DNA of 32,000 nucleotides from Nitrosospira multiformis ATCC 25196 (GCF_000196355.1 NC_007614.1:3150001-3182000); one strand, 5' to 3'. Shown: positions 1-9,957, counted from the stretch's first letter. The notes: generated by a model not told the origin, from the sequence alone. Translations and numbers: made by a program.

Positions 1-311
1 GTCCTCACTAGCAACGTACGGAACTCTTTCACCAATTCCTCCTGTTGCTGTGGGGTTGCCTTATTCCAGTTCTTGCCCATGGCGAGTCGGGTCATGCGGG
101 TGAAGTTGAAATGCGGTAGAACCTTGGCTTCGACCAGATCAAGAATCTTGGCCATATTGCCCGCACGCAGCTCCTTGTCCTGCCGAACGATCGACAATAC
201 TTCCTGAGCGGTGTTATCCACCAGCGTATCAGGACTGATTTCTGCGGCGGCAGCAGGGAATGCGACCAGCCAGGTTGCCAGCAGACCTGAGATACCAAGA
301 TATTTTTTCAT
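1..311 (-). CDS. mlaC: MlaC/Ttg2D-like phospholipid-binding periplasmic protein (N-terminal part, gene runs off the window)
   Basis: The minus-strand frame from ATG at 311 reads MKKYLGISGLLATWLVAFPAAAAEISPDTLVDNTAQEVLSIVRQDKELRAGN..KILDLVEAKVLPHFNFTRMTRLAMGKNW: signal peptide plus MlaC motifs. It sits next to mlaD, mlaE and mlaF. Confidence 0.85.
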   Translation of the reverse strand, partial: MKKYLGISGLLATWLVAFPAAAAEISPDTLVDNTAQEVLSIVRQDKELRAGNMAKILDLVEAKVLPHFNFTRMTRLAMGKNWNKATPQQQEELVKEFRTLLVR

Positions 312-469
312 GATTTCCTCGCTTGATTAGACTGCTCAATACACGAAATGCTTATGCGGTTGCGCTTCCCGTGCCCGCATCAACTGCTCCTGCTTCCTGC
401 CCGCAGGCCCTTATCCGTGAAATACGGGACACGGAGCCACCGCAGGCGTTGGACTTGTTACTGCCCTTT

Positions 470-955
470 CTAGTTCTTGTCGGAATTTTCACTGCTGCCT
501 CCTTCTGAGGCCTTATTGAACAAAAATTTCCCGATCATTTCTTCCAGAACAAGGGCAGAATTGGTTTTCATGATGGTGTCGCCATCCTTGAGCGTCGCTT
601 CATCCCCCCCGGCAGCCAGGCCGATATATTGCTCCCCGATCAAACCGGAGGTAAGGATGCTGGCAAAAGTATCCTTGGGAAATTTATAACGGCTGTCAAT
701 ATTCATGATCACCAGAGCGTCATATGTCTCCGTGCTGAACCGGATGTCCGTCACCCGGCCGACGACGACACCGGCACTCTTTACCGGCGCCCGCACTTTC
801 AACCCTCCGATGTTTTCGAAGTTGCCTGTCACCTGATAGCTGTCACTCGCGCTATAAGTACCAAGATTGCCGACTTTCAACGCCAGCACGAGCAATGCGC
901 CGATACCTGCCATGACGAACAGTCCTACCCACAAATCCATTGTTGCGCGCTGCAT
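470..955 (-). CDS. mlaD: Outer membrane lipid asymmetry protein MlaD (MCE domain)
   Basis: 161 aa, MQRATMDLWVGLFVMAGIGALLVLALKVGN...YQVTGNFENIGGLKVRAPVKSAGVVVGRV: N-terminal TM plus MCE domain. Operon context with mlaE and mlaF. Confidence 0.93.
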   Translation of the reverse strand: MQRATMDLWVGLFVMAGIGALLVLALKVGNLGTYSASDSYQVTGNFENIGGLKVRAPVKSAGVVVGRVTDIRFSTETYDALVIMNIDSRYKFPKDTFASILTSGLIGEQYIGLAAGGDEATLKDGDTIMKTNSALVLEEMIGKFLFNKASEGGSSENSDKN

Positions 956-1752
956 CAGCCCATTCCCCTGAACATGAACGAGGTCAAGATAAAATCGAGT
1001 CCAAGAATTGCGAGTGAAGAAGTCACCACGGTGCGGGTTGTGGCACCGGATACGCCCTCGGCCGTGGGCGCCGCATCATACCCCTCGAACACGGCGATTG
1101 CCGTCACCGCGATGCCGAAAACACAGGTTTTTATGATGCCGTTGACCACATCGTAGCGGAAATCGACGGCGCTTTGCATTTGCGACCAGAACGAACCTTC
1201 ATCCACTCCGATAAGTACGACAGCCACCAGATAGCCGCCATAGATGCCTATGGCGGAAAACAATGCTGCCAGCAACGGCATTGAAATCACGCCCGCCCAG
1301 AACCGGGGCGCGACTACGCGCGCAATCGGATCTACAGCCATCATTTCCATTGCCGCCAGTTGCTCGGTCGCTTTCATCAGCCCGATTTCCGCTGTGATTG
1401 CCGAACCGGCGCGGCTGGCGAACAACAGCGCGGACACTACAGGCCCCAATTCGCGTAGCAATGACAACGCCACCATGGTGCCTACCGCAGATTCTGCTCC
1501 ATAGCGCTGCAAGGTTTCGAAGCCTTGCAAGCCGAGTACCATGCCGACAAAAAGCCCTGACACGAGGATGATGATGAGCGACTGTACTCCGGTAAAATAA
1601 AGCTCCCGTATCACCAGGGTAAAGCGGCGCAGACTGGTCCCGGACTTGATCAAGGTCAGCAGGAAGAAACGGCTGGCGTAGCCCAAGCGCCAGATACTGT
1701 CTATGACGCGATGACCGACGCTCTGGATACCAGTTACGATACGCCTAGGCAA
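955..1752 (-). CDS. mlaE: MlaE-family lipid ABC transporter permease
   Basis: 265 aa with MlaE signatures (GMVLGLQGFETLQRYGAE...LLRELGPVVSALLFASRAGSAITAEIGLMKATEQLAAMEMMAVDPI). It overlaps mlaD and mlaF. Confidence 0.95.
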   Translation of the reverse strand: MPRRIVTGIQSVGHRVIDSIWRLGYASRFFLLTLIKSGTSLRRFTLVIRELYFTGVQSLIIILVSGLFVGMVLGLQGFETLQRYGAESAVGTMVALSLLRELGPVVSALLFASRAGSAITAEIGLMKATEQLAAMEMMAVDPIARVVAPRFWAGVISMPLLAALFSAIGIYGGYLVAVVLIGVDEGSFWSQMQSAVDFRYDVVNGIIKTCVFGIAVTAIAVFEGYDAAPTAEGVSGATTRTVVTSSLAILGLDFILTSFMFRGMG

Positions 1753-2557
1753 AACTGCCCTCCAGTTTCAGATCCTGCGCATAGGGCCTGGCGGGATAGT
1801 GAAACGAGACGGGACCGTCTTCTTCCCCATGAACGAACTGATGTACAAACGGTGCAACCGATCGGCGCACCTCGTCCGGCGTGCCATGGGCCGCAATCAC
1901 TCCGTCCGCGATGAAATAAACGTAGTCGACAATTTTCAAGGATTCCTGGACGTCGTGCGTTACGACGATGGAGGTCATGCCCAAGGCATCGGTCAGGCGT
2001 CGTATCAGGTTCCCGATCACTGTGAGTGAAATGGGATCGAGTCCGGTGAAAGGCTCGTCGTACATGATAAGCAGAGGATCAAGCGCAATCGAGCGCGCCA
2101 GCGCGACGCGGCGCGCCATGCCGCCGGAAAGCTGGTTAGGCATCAGCTCGTGTGCGCCGCGCAAACCCACAGCCTGGAGTTTCATTAACACAAGGTCCCG
2201 TATCATGGACTCCGGCAGGTTCGTATGTTCCCGCATCTGGAAAGCCACGTTGTCGAATACCGAGAGATCGGTAAACAATGCGCCGAACTGAAATAGCATG
2301 CTCATTTTTCGGCGCATGCGAAAAAGCTCGTCCCGCTTCAGTTTATGCACTACCTGGCCTGCAACTTTCACATAGCCGGAAGTCGGGCGCACGGCCCCGC
2401 CGATGAGGCGCAACAAGGTTGTTTTCCCGCTGCCGCTGCCACCCATGATGGCAATGACTTTCCCTCTTCCCATCGTCATATCGATTCCCTTGAGAATCGG
2501 ACGCTGTCCATAAGAGAAATTCAGGCCTTGGATTTCGATCAGGCTTTCAGACGCCAT
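1745..2557 (-). CDS. mlaF: MlaF-family lipid ABC transporter ATP-binding protein
   Basis: 270 aa with Walker A GGSGSGKTTLLR, signature LSGGMARRVALARSIALDP and Walker B LLIMYDEPFTGLDP. Confidence 0.95.
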   Translation of the reverse strand: MASESLIEIQGLNFSYGQRPILKGIDMTMGRGKVIAIMGGSGSGKTTLLRLIGGAVRPTSGYVKVAGQVVHKLKRDELFRMRRKMSMLFQFGALFTDLSVFDNVAFQMREHTNLPESMIRDLVLMKLQAVGLRGAHELMPNQLSGGMARRVALARSIALDPLLIMYDEPFTGLDPISLTVIGNLIRRLTDALGMTSIVVTHDVQESLKIVDYVYFIADGVIAAHGTPDEVRRSVAPFVHQFVHGEEDGPVSFHYPARPYAQDLKLEGSFA

Positions 2558-2663
2558 CTTCCAAAAGAGGAATACCTAATTTAACGGGACATCGATTTTA
2601 CCCCAAATCGGGTAGCCAGAGGGCGGGCAGGCACCTGAGACAGGTAGTGAGGAATTGACGAAG

Positions 2664-3545
2664 TCAGGCAACTCGCCCTGTCGGGCAAGGTGAATGGACG
2701 CGGCGATAATGACCGAAAACAGATGATTGCTTGTCAGCGGGCGCAGTAAAACCAATAGACGGGCTCGCGCTCATTCCGGACGATGCCGTATTTTCCGAAG
2801 CGGCGGATGACGGCAGAGAAACAGTGCATTGCAAAACTTTGCAATATTGCTCCAGAAAGGGTCTGGTACTTGGCATGCTAGCCGCCAGGTCACTGCGAAA
2901 TGCATAGAGGATCTGCGCCACGAGCACGATGAGCATAAAAAGATTGGCAACCGCCCACGCAGCCGTGATCTCCGGCAGTTGCCCTCTCCTGGAAATGTAG
3001 TGCTCCGGCAAATAATTATCCAGCATGTCGTCTTCCAGGCCGGCATACATCGCGTTACCCGTTTGCGGAATTTGTTCTCTCGCAACCCGCCTGTCCCGCG
3101 CTTTGTCTGCTTTTTTTGCGGCCCTGGCGTCAGGTTTCCCCCTTGCAGGCGTTTCAGGAGCGCGAGCCTCTGCTGCCTCTGGCTTGACAGGTGCTGTCCC
3201 GGCCGGCTCTGATGTCAATGACTCCGGCGGATTTTGCGCTGATGGCGATTCAGAGATGTGAGGTTCCGGCGTCCCTGGCTCCCGCACACCGCCGCCCTGT
3301 AGCGCTTCAGGGTGGGAAATCCCCGCATCAGGAGAAAGTTGCGAAGTATTTTCCGACGCTCTTGCCGCTTCCCCGGTCTTCCCCGGTTTTATGATTTCCG
3401 GGTCCTCCATGGTCAGCAGCGAAGCGAAGCCATTAAATATATGATTGCACTGCCCGCAACGCACCTCGCCCCCATGCGCCTGCAAGTGCAGAGGCGTGAT
3501 GCGAAAGACCGTTAAGCAGTTAGGACATCGAGTTACAAGTGGCAT
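2664..3545 (-). CDS. Zinc-ribbon (MJ0042-type) / DUF3426-like membrane protein; C-terminus possibly altered
   Basis: N-term MPLVTRCPNCLTVFRITPLHLQAHGGEVRCGQCNHIFNGF with CxxC...CxxC. A single TM segment lies near residue 230, followed by a short atypical C-terminus. Confidence 0.75.
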   Translation of the reverse strand: MPLVTRCPNCLTVFRITPLHLQAHGGEVRCGQCNHIFNGFASLLTMEDPEIIKPGKTGEAARASENTSQLSPDAGISHPEALQGGGVREPGTPEPHISESPSAQNPPESLTSEPAGTAPVKPEAAEARAPETPARGKPDARAAKKADKARDRRVAREQIPQTGNAMYAGLEDDMLDNYLPEHYISRRGQLPEITAAWAVANLFMLIVLVAQILYAFRSDLAASMPSTRPFLEQYCKVLQCTVSLPSSAASENTASSGMSASPSIGFTAPADKQSSVFGHYRRVHSPCPTGRVA

Positions 3546-3573
3546 TCCGGTTCTGGTTTTTGTTTAATCGAAT

Positions 3574-4488
3574 TCACTTCCTCGCGCCTGTCAACAGGAC
3601 CCATCCCTCACGATTTAGCGCAATATGCATATCAAACGATTGCTGATAGGCCGCCATCACTTCTTCTGCCTGTTCCGCGAGTATACCGGATAGGGCAATG
3701 CGTCCTCCCGGCCGGGCAGCATGCGTCAGTATGGGAGCCAGCATGATCAGCGGATTGGCGAGGATATTGGCAACAACGATGTTCGCCCAGCCCCCGCGTT
3801 CTGTATCCGTCCGCTCCGCCATCTGTGTATGAAACTCTATTTCGGTTTCCGAGCACTGGTTAAGCCTTGCATTCTGGCAGCTTGCCTCCACCGCTTGCGG
3901 ATCTATGTCGATGCCGACAACATGATGAGCGCCCATCTTGAGCGCGGCAATGGCCAATATGCCTGAACCACAACCGTAATCAAGAACATCTTCGCCTCCT
4001 CCGAGATTTTCGTCAAGCCATTCCAGGCACAACTGCGTAGAAGGATGAGTTCCGGTTCCAAAGGCGAGTCCCGGATCGAGGATCAGGTTGATGGCATTCG
4101 GATCAGGTATTTCATGCCAGCTTGGCACGACCCACAAGCGGGAGGATATGCGGATCGGATTGAACTGCGACTGGGTTACCCGTACCCAATCCTGTTCTTC
4201 CACATATTCGATACGATAGCTCGGGGGAGCAGGCAACGCCGCCGCTTCGGCCGCAGCGCGCATTACTGCGGGAATATCGGTATCCCCCTTGAATAGCGCA
4301 GTCAGCTCCGGAGCAAGCCAGACTCCTGCGGCGGGCTCTCCTGGTTCGCCAAACAAGGGTTGCTCATGCTCGGTTCCCGCTGCGGAATCATGGATGTCGG
4401 TTGACAGCGCGCCCAAAGCCAGCATCGCATCGCTTAAGATCTCGACATGCATGCTGTCCGTTTTTATGATGACTGAAATCCAGGGCAT
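3574..4488 (-). CDS. prmA: Ribosomal protein L11 methyltransferase
   Basis: MPWISVIIKTD...IRISSRLWVVPSWHEIPDPNAINLILDPGLAFGTGTHPSTQLCLEWLDE...VLDYGCGSGILAIAALKMGAHHVVGIDIDPQAV...NVVANILANPLIMLAP, characteristic of PrmA. Confidence 0.96.
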   Translation of the reverse strand: MPWISVIIKTDSMHVEILSDAMLALGALSTDIHDSAAGTEHEQPLFGEPGEPAAGVWLAPELTALFKGDTDIPAVMRAAAEAAALPAPPSYRIEYVEEQDWVRVTQSQFNPIRISSRLWVVPSWHEIPDPNAINLILDPGLAFGTGTHPSTQLCLEWLDENLGGGEDVLDYGCGSGILAIAALKMGAHHVVGIDIDPQAVEASCQNARLNQCSETEIEFHTQMAERTDTERGGWANIVVANILANPLIMLAPILTHAARPGGRIALSGILAEQAEEVMAAYQQSFDMHIALNREGWVLLTGARK

Positions 4489-4616
4489 GAGGGTACGTCC
4501 CTTGCATTTGGCTGCGTAAGCAGACGGCGGGCAGAACATTCCAGGCCCGTTTCCCGAGAGGCTCCTACCTCACCCCCGTCCGTTACCCGAGTTCCAGTAA
4601 CGAGGCCGATAGAGCC

Positions 4617-5975
4617 TCAGCCGGAATTGTTATTATAATTGGCAAGCTTTTGCTCCAGATAATGAATGCTCGTGCAGCCATTCAGAAAAGCGGCGTCGGA
4701 CAACAGGTCAAGGTGGAGCGGCGTATTGGTTTTGATGCCGCCGATCACCATTTCCGACAGCGCAATGCGCATTCGTGCTATCGCCTGCTCGCGGTTGTCT
4801 CCATACGCGATTATTTTGCCTATCATGGAATCGTAATAGGGCGGCACGAAGTAGTTATGATATATATGGGAATCCACACGAATGCCAGGGCCACCGGGAG
4901 CATGATACTGGGTGATACGCCCTGCCGACGGGGTGAACTTGTACGGGTCTTCGGCCGCGATACGGCATTCGATGGCATGACCCTTCAACACGATGTCGCG
5001 CTGCCGCAGAGTGAGCTTTTCGCCGGCTGCCACGCGGATCTGCGCTTGCACCAGATCGATCCCGGTGATGGCCTCGGTAATGGTATGCTCGACCTGCAGG
5101 CGCGTATTCATCTCAATGAAATAGAACTCGTTTTTTTCGAACAGAAACTCGAATGTACCCACACCGCGATAGCCGATGCGCTTGCATGCGTCGACGCAAC
5201 GGGTTCCCATTCTGTCGCGCAATCTGGGGGGAATGCCCAGGGCAGGTGCTTCCTCGATAATTTTCTGATGGCGGCGCTGCGTGGAGCAATCCCGTTCCCC
5301 CAGATAGATGGCGTTGCGATGCTCATCCGCCAATACCTGAAACTCGATGTGGCGCGGGTTCTCCAGATATTTTTCGGCGTAGACCGTCGGGTTGCCGAAG
5401 GCGGCCTGAGCTTCGTTGCGCGTAATGATCACCGCGTTCGATAACGCTGCTTCAGTGTGCACCACGCGCATGCCACGGCCGCCCCCACCTGCCGCGGCCT
5501 TGATAATGATAGGGTAGCCGATGGCACGAGCGATGGCTTTGATTTCGTCCACCGATTCGGGGAGACCGCCGTCCGAGCCCGGGACACAAGGCACGCCCGC
5601 CTTTTTCATGGCGTTCTTGGCACTGACCTTGTCGCCCATCAGCCGAATCGTCTCGGGCCGCGGGCCGATAAAGACGAAGCCGCTTTTTTCCACACGTTCG
5701 GCAAAATCGGCATTTTCCGACAGAAACCCGTAACCCGGATGAATGGCTTCCGCATCGGTGACCTCTGCGGCGCTGATGATGGCGGGAATATTGAGGTAGC
5801 TTTGTGCCGAAGGAGCAGGTCCGATGCATACGGACTCATCAGCGAGTTTTACATATTTTGCCTCGGCATCGGCCTGGGAGTGCACCGCTACAGTCTTGAT
5901 ACCCATCTCACGGCATGCACGCTGTATCCGCAAGGCAATCTCGCCACGGTTTGCTATCAGTATTTTTTCAAACAT
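4617..5975 (-). CDS. accC: Acetyl-CoA carboxylase, biotin carboxylase subunit
   Basis: 452 aa, [33 protein letters not shown]...[15 protein letters not shown]...[14 protein letters not shown]...[24 protein letters not shown]. Confidence 0.98.
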   Translation of the reverse strand: MFEKILIANRGEIALRIQRACREMGIKTVAVHSQADAEAKYVKLADESVCIGPAPSAQSYLNIPAIISAAEVTDAEAIHPGYGFLSENADFAERVEKSGFVFIGPRPETIRLMGDKVSAKNAMKKAGVPCVPGSDGGLPESVDEIKAIARAIGYPIIIKAAAGGGGRGMRVVHTEAALSNAVIITRNEAQAAFGNPTVYAEKYLENPRHIEFQVLADEHRNAIYLGERDCSTQRRHQKIIEEAPALGIPPRLRDRMGTRCVDACKRIGYRGVGTFEFLFEKNEFYFIEMNTRLQVEHTITEAITGIDLVQAQIRVAAGEKLTLRQRDIVLKGHAIECRIAAEDPYKFTPSAGRITQYHAPGGPGIRVDSHIYHNYFVPPYYDSMIGKIIAYGDNREQAIARMRIALSEMVIGGIKTNTPLHLDLLSDAAFLNGCTSIHYLEQKLANYNNNSG

Positions 5976-6074
5976 GTCTGCCGCTCGTATCTGGTTTCAT
6001 GATGGAGGTGATTTCTCCTCTTCTATTGATGCGGGTGTCCCTCGGGGTAGCGTGTAGCGCGGCTAAAAGCCGAA

Positions 6075-6539
6075 TCATTCAATCACGAACAGCGGTTCGC
6101 CATACTCGACAGGCTGGCCGTTCTCCACCATCACTGCCTTGATCACACCGCTCTTGTCCGACTCTATTTCATTGAGCAGCTTCATGGCTTCTATGATGCA
6201 GAGCGTGTCCCCCTCCTTGACTGTCTGACCCACCTCGACGAACGGATTGCTGCCGGGGGCGGAACTACGATAGAACGTGCCCACCATGGGCGATTTGACC
6301 ATATGACCTTGGGGCAGTATTTCGGCGGCGGCTGTTGCCGGGGTGGTGACTGGCGCAGCTTGCGGAATGATGGCGGGTACCGGGGCGGGTTGCGGAGAAG
6401 GCATTGCGATTGCGGGCATCTGCATCGACGGCGTGGATCTGCTGATGCGAACCTTTTCTTCACCCTCCGTTATCTCCAGCTCGGCAATGCCGGATTCCTC
6501 CACCAGGTCAATCAGTTTTTTAAGCTTTCTCAGGTCCAT
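6075..6539 (-). CDS. accB: Acetyl-CoA carboxylase biotin carboxyl carrier protein
   Basis: 154 aa, [32 protein letters not shown]...Ala/Pro linker...[11 protein letters not shown]...[15 protein letters not shown] (biotinylation motif EAMKL). Confidence 0.97.
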   Translation of the reverse strand: MDLRKLKKLIDLVEESGIAELEITEGEEKVRISRSTPSMQMPAIAMPSPQPAPVPAIIPQAAPVTTPATAAAEILPQGHMVKSPMVGTFYRSSAPGSNPFVEVGQTVKEGDTLCIIEAMKLLNEIESDKSGVIKAVMVENGQPVEYGEPLFVIE

Positions 6540-6758
6540 ATAGGGTCTCCCGATCGGTTCCTTTTGCGTTATGTTCTGTCAAAACCTCTAACCATCTGTC
6601 AGCGCCCGAAGACGCGGACTTTGTGTTTTTGCTTTTTGAAAAATACCCCTGTTTCAAAACACAAGGGGTGAGATGAGCCACCACTGCATTGGCTTATCAA
6701 AAGGAATTCTCAGCTCCTCAATGGTACCCGATCACTTCGTTGCCATCCTTGACGCCCA

Positions 6759-7214
6759 TCACTTGCGGCCCAGCACATAATTGAAGGCGAGCTCGTATCC
6801 CTTTGCTCCCAGACCGCTTATGACCCCCACCGCCATATCGGAAAAAAAAGATTTCTGGCGGAAAGATTCGCGAGCAAAAATATTGGAAAGGTGAATTTCA
6901 ATGAAAGGTATCCGGGTAGCCGCAAGTGCATCACGCAAGGCAATACTGGTATGGGTATAAGCGGCAGGATTGATGATAATGAAGTCTGTTTTTTCAGCAC
7001 CCGCCTGCTGGATTCGGTCTATCAGCTCTCCCTCGGTGTTACTTTGGAAGCAATCAAGACCAATGCCCTCTTTTTCGGCTAATTTCGCCAAATTTCTGTT
7101 AATTTCTTCTAATGTGACAGTTCCGTAAATCGAAGGCTCCCTGATTCCCAGCAAATTCAGGTTCGGCCCATGGATAACCAGGATATTTTGGCAGCGGTTT
7201 GAGCCATCTTTCAT
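6759..7214 (-). CDS. aroQ: 3-dehydroquinate dehydratase, type II
   Basis: [21 protein letters not shown]...[17 protein letters not shown]...[19 protein letters not shown]...[41 protein letters not shown]. Confidence 0.97.
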   Translation of the reverse strand: MKDGSNRCQNILVIHGPNLNLLGIREPSIYGTVTLEEINRNLAKLAEKEGIGLDCFQSNTEGELIDRIQQAGAEKTDFIIINPAAYTHTSIALRDALAATRIPFIEIHLSNIFARESFRQKSFFSDMAVGVISGLGAKGYELAFNYVLGRK

Positions 7215-7247
7215 GGCGGCAAGTGTGACCCAATTGCAGGAAATTGT

Positions 7248-7538
7248 CTAGTGATTCTCGGCCATTCGGCGAATATGTTGGAATTTACGTTTTTTTATTT
7301 CAACGAGGAATTCAAATGCTTCAGATGAGCTCTTTTTGGAGAAAGATGGAGCCCCATCCGGATTGATCGAAGCGGAATCTTGCTGGAGCAGAAGGTTGAG
7401 TTGAAGATTTATGGGGGGTTGGTTAAGTGAGCTCGCGCCTATGCACGGGACGGCGACTTCTCCGACTTCTCTGTTTTCTTTTATTTCTTTCATCCGCAGC
7501 GGTGTCCCAAGTGAGAACGTTTGCTCGTCGTTTTCCAA
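7248..7538 (-). CDS. Hypothetical protein, 96 aa
   Basis: ORF only, with no family recognised. It lies between aroQ and tRNA-Thr. Confidence 0.35.
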   Translation of the reverse strand: MENDEQTFSLGTPLRMKEIKENREVGEVAVPCIGASSLNQPPINLQLNLLLQQDSASINPDGAPSFSKKSSSEAFEFLVEIKKRKFQHIRRMAENH

Positions 7539-7578
7539 AAGACTATAATTGGCATGGTTTATTCTGATCCCTTCCCAG

Positions 7579-7654
<76 letters not shown>

Positions 7655-7735
7655 GTTGCAAGTGATTAATAAGTAAAATCAATCTCTTATCCAAAAAATA
7701 GCTTTATTGTGGGGATACTTTTGTGGTACCCTCTA

Positions 7736-8000
7736 ATGAAGCTATTGCTCGGCCGCATCTTTAGCGTGTCAATCAAGTACATCTATCATCGTGGTAATAC
7801 CTATTATTACCCACCCCAAGGACTTACTGCATCGCTACCACGGTGCAACCCATGTCAAGGTTAACCTAAAAACTAGCGACCCAGGATTGATTGCTAAAAG
7901 GGTTGGTGAACTCAATAGAAAGTACGAATCAACATGGGCAGCACTTTTCCTCCTCTGTACCCAAGTGGAGGAATTCCTTACAAGTCACACTGTATACTTT
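7736..8000 (+). pseudogene. Tyrosine recombinase/phage integrase, N-terminal remnant (frameshifted)
   Basis: Frame 1 from ATG 7736 reads MKLLLGRIFSVSIKYIYHRGNTYYY. A shifted frame from about 7815 continues PKDLLHRYHGATHVKVNLKTSDPGLIAKRVGELNRKYESTWAALF. Together these resemble the integrase N-terminal pattern YxYxRGxxYYFRRRxPxDL...hxhSLxTxd. It starts about 80 bp from the tRNA 3' end. Confidence 0.65.
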
Positions 8001-8522
8001 CTTGTTCAGCTCTTCCTATCCCACTCGCACTCGACTATACGACACACGGCAAATCTCCACTCTGCCGCTATAAGAATCTAGTATTGTCCGATTAAGGTAT
8101 AACGGATTTCTCCAAGCGGAAGAGCTTGATGAAGAGTCAGAGGAAGACAGCCTCAACCCCTGACTTCTAGCTTTCGATAACTTTTTACGGCCTGCTGGTA
8201 TGCAGTGATACAAGCACTTTTGTGCATAGCGGGATGTAATTACACCCATGCCCTTTCTATGTAAATAAACTCTTCTTCGCTCACTCTTAGAGGCTATATC
8301 AATGCCGTATTGGCGGAAGTATGTGGAAAAGGTTGGGGCGCTCTTTATTGTGTCTCCGTTATGGCCATCAATTTAGAAAATTGTAACTGTAACCGTGCCA
8401 ATAATATTTTTATCAGTACATGGATGCAAAGTTTCAGGAGCATTTATTTCTTGCTCGCCAAGAAAGCCCTGGGGGGTGGCTATTTAGAGCGCGGAGCTTG
8501 CAAGCTGCGGCCGCTCGTCTTG

Positions 8523-8560
8523 ATTGGTTAGACGCCCCGGTATTGGTTAGACGCCCCGGT
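8523..8560 (+). repeat. Perfect 19-bp tandem duplication
   Basis: ATTGGTTAGACGCCCCGGT x2 (8523-8541 and 8542-8560). Confidence 0.9.
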
Positions 8561-8603
8561 TCGTGACGAAGAGCCAACCCTATCTTTTCTGGCTGAATAC
8601 CAG

Positions 8604-9008
8604 ATGCTACTTGGTATGGCCTTTGAGTGCCTTCTCAAGGGCTTTATTTCACTTGTGAGACTTGAAAACGGCGAATCTCCTCCATTGCCCAAGGACTGTT
8701 ATACCCATAGACTCGAAGCACTTGCGCGACGGCCGGAATGTGTCAGTCTGGCAATTACTATGGAAGAGATGGAAGCCTTGAGCCGTTTATCACCATATAT
8801 CGAATGGTCAGGCAGGTATCCTGTACCCAAGCGTGCAAAAGAGCTGCATTTTGTAGGGGTAAGCAACTTTGATCGAGATGCAGAGCTTCGGCTTTGGCAT
8901 CGGCTTGTCTCTCTGCTTGGAGATAGAGCTTGGGTCATGAAGGGCGGGCCAGTGAGTAAGGGCGGTTATAAGCTGTATTTGGATGGCCGTAAGGAAAAGC
9001 TGGACTGA
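8604..9008 (+). CDS. HEPN-like domain protein, probably 5'-truncated (pseudogene or fragment)
   Basis: The open frame extends upstream of the first ATG (...LDAPVRDEEPTLSFLAEYQMLLGMAFECLLKGFISL...HRLEALARR...ALSRLSPYIEWSGRYPVPK), a pattern like HEPN-type small helical proteins. It meets an in-frame stop inside the 19-bp duplication. Confidence 0.45.
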   Translation: MLLGMAFECLLKGFISLVRLENGESPPLPKDCYTHRLEALARRPECVSLAITMEEMEALSRLSPYIEWSGRYPVPKRAKELHFVGVSNFDRDAELRLWHRLVSLLGDRAWVMKGGPVSKGGYKLYLDGRKEKLD

Positions 9009-9453
9009 TATCACTTAGCGTGACTGTGAGCTTTTGAAATTCTTCCACCTCCATGTTCTGGTTCAAGGACAAAACGCTTCCGTACAGGCCGCAAAGCACG
9101 AGAACGAGCACGAGCACGAGCATCACGTCCTTGATATCGGGGTGACCCTTCAAATAGCTGGTTATGCCGATTTTAGCCTGTTTTGAATAGGTGAACAGTT
9201 GGTCGTCAAGTCTCCAACGCTTATCCAACCTGTGTGGCCTCTGCCCCTCTTACTAGGATGTCCTTGCGAGTTACGATTTATTTTCTGAACCCCGATCCGT
9301 GGGGGTTCAATTCTTGATGGGAATGATCAACTCCTGCTGCGGTAGAAATGTGTCCTAAAGGTAGTTTGTGGTACTCTTGTAGTACTTTCTTTAATCCTCC
9401 GCCTCAAGACCCGTGTTGGCGCCGCTTTTCAGGGTAAGTTAGAGTGCCTTGCG

Positions 9454-9472
9454 CCTCTCAACAGCACTAGTT
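9454..9472 (+). repeat. att-like direct repeat, copy 2
   Basis: CCTCTCAACAGCACTAGTT, 18/19 identical to the tRNA-Thr 3' end. Confidence 0.6.
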
Positions 9473-9687
9473 ATAAATAATTAAGTAATACAAGGATGCC
9501 GCATAGCAGAAGCTGAGGGCTGAAATTCTGATATTGAAGTATTTACACCTGAATTCTTCTATCCCCCGTTTCCGTTCGCCTCCATCCTTCGCCCCCTTAA
9601 GACTAAATCCAGCAAGAGAAATATCCCCTGGTAGGGCTTTCCCTATGGGCAGCACAAAGAATTATCCAGGCAGCACAGCCGGGTCAA

Positions 9688-9957
9688 CTTTTTGCTTTCC
9701 CTCAGTACACCAATAAGACCGAATGCAAGGCGGCTCATTGCTTCCAACACGCTCGATAAGTGGATTGATTCTCGCTTAGGTGTCAATAAGACAACTCATA
9801 AGTTTTGCCACACAATGCGGGCTGCTTGTGTAATGTGGAGGCAGCACTTAAGGATATTCAGGATGCAGTAGGGGAGTGGAATAAGGAAGACATTAGGGAC
9901 AAGTACGGGCTAGGGCACGGGTTGAAGCAGTTGAAGATGTGGCTAGATAAGATGTAG
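9688..9957 (+). pseudogene. Tyrosine recombinase/phage integrase, C-terminal catalytic remnant (multiple frameshifts)
   Basis: The frames join as LFAFPQYTNKTECKA / ASNTLDKWIDSRLGVNKTTHKFCHTMRAAC / NVEAALKDIQDAVGEWNKEDIRDKYGLGHGLKQLKMWLDKM*. This matches the integrase C-terminal architecture FPxY...lxkwi..LG...kttHkxRHTmraaL...lqdaiGxw...iRxxYGxGhxLxxLkxwLxKi. Confidence 0.6.

Noticed and set aside
4650-5444. 264-aa plus-strand ORF (and other long ORFs at 5457-6002, 26240-26890 and 31114-31611)
   Set aside because: Antisense to accC, mnmG and mnmE, with arginine-rich or low-complexity shadow-ORF composition.
7791-8081. 96-aa ORF considered as a stand-alone gene
   Set aside because: Its N-terminal half fits the integrase N-terminal domain only when joined to the preceding frame, and its C-terminal half is noise. 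Treated as a pseudogene fragment.
9091-9127. Possible CRISPR or iteron array
   Set aside because: It is a contiguous 6-bp tandem repeat with no spacers. No CRISPR-like repeat-spacer pattern or cas gene was seen anywhere in the window.
8935-9228. Minus-strand 97-aa ORF with VLVLVLVL
   Set aside because: The hydrophobic run is explained by the CACGAG microsatellite. The ORF overlaps the HEPN-like frame, has no recognisable domain, and the hydrophobic stretch should not be read as a TM protein.
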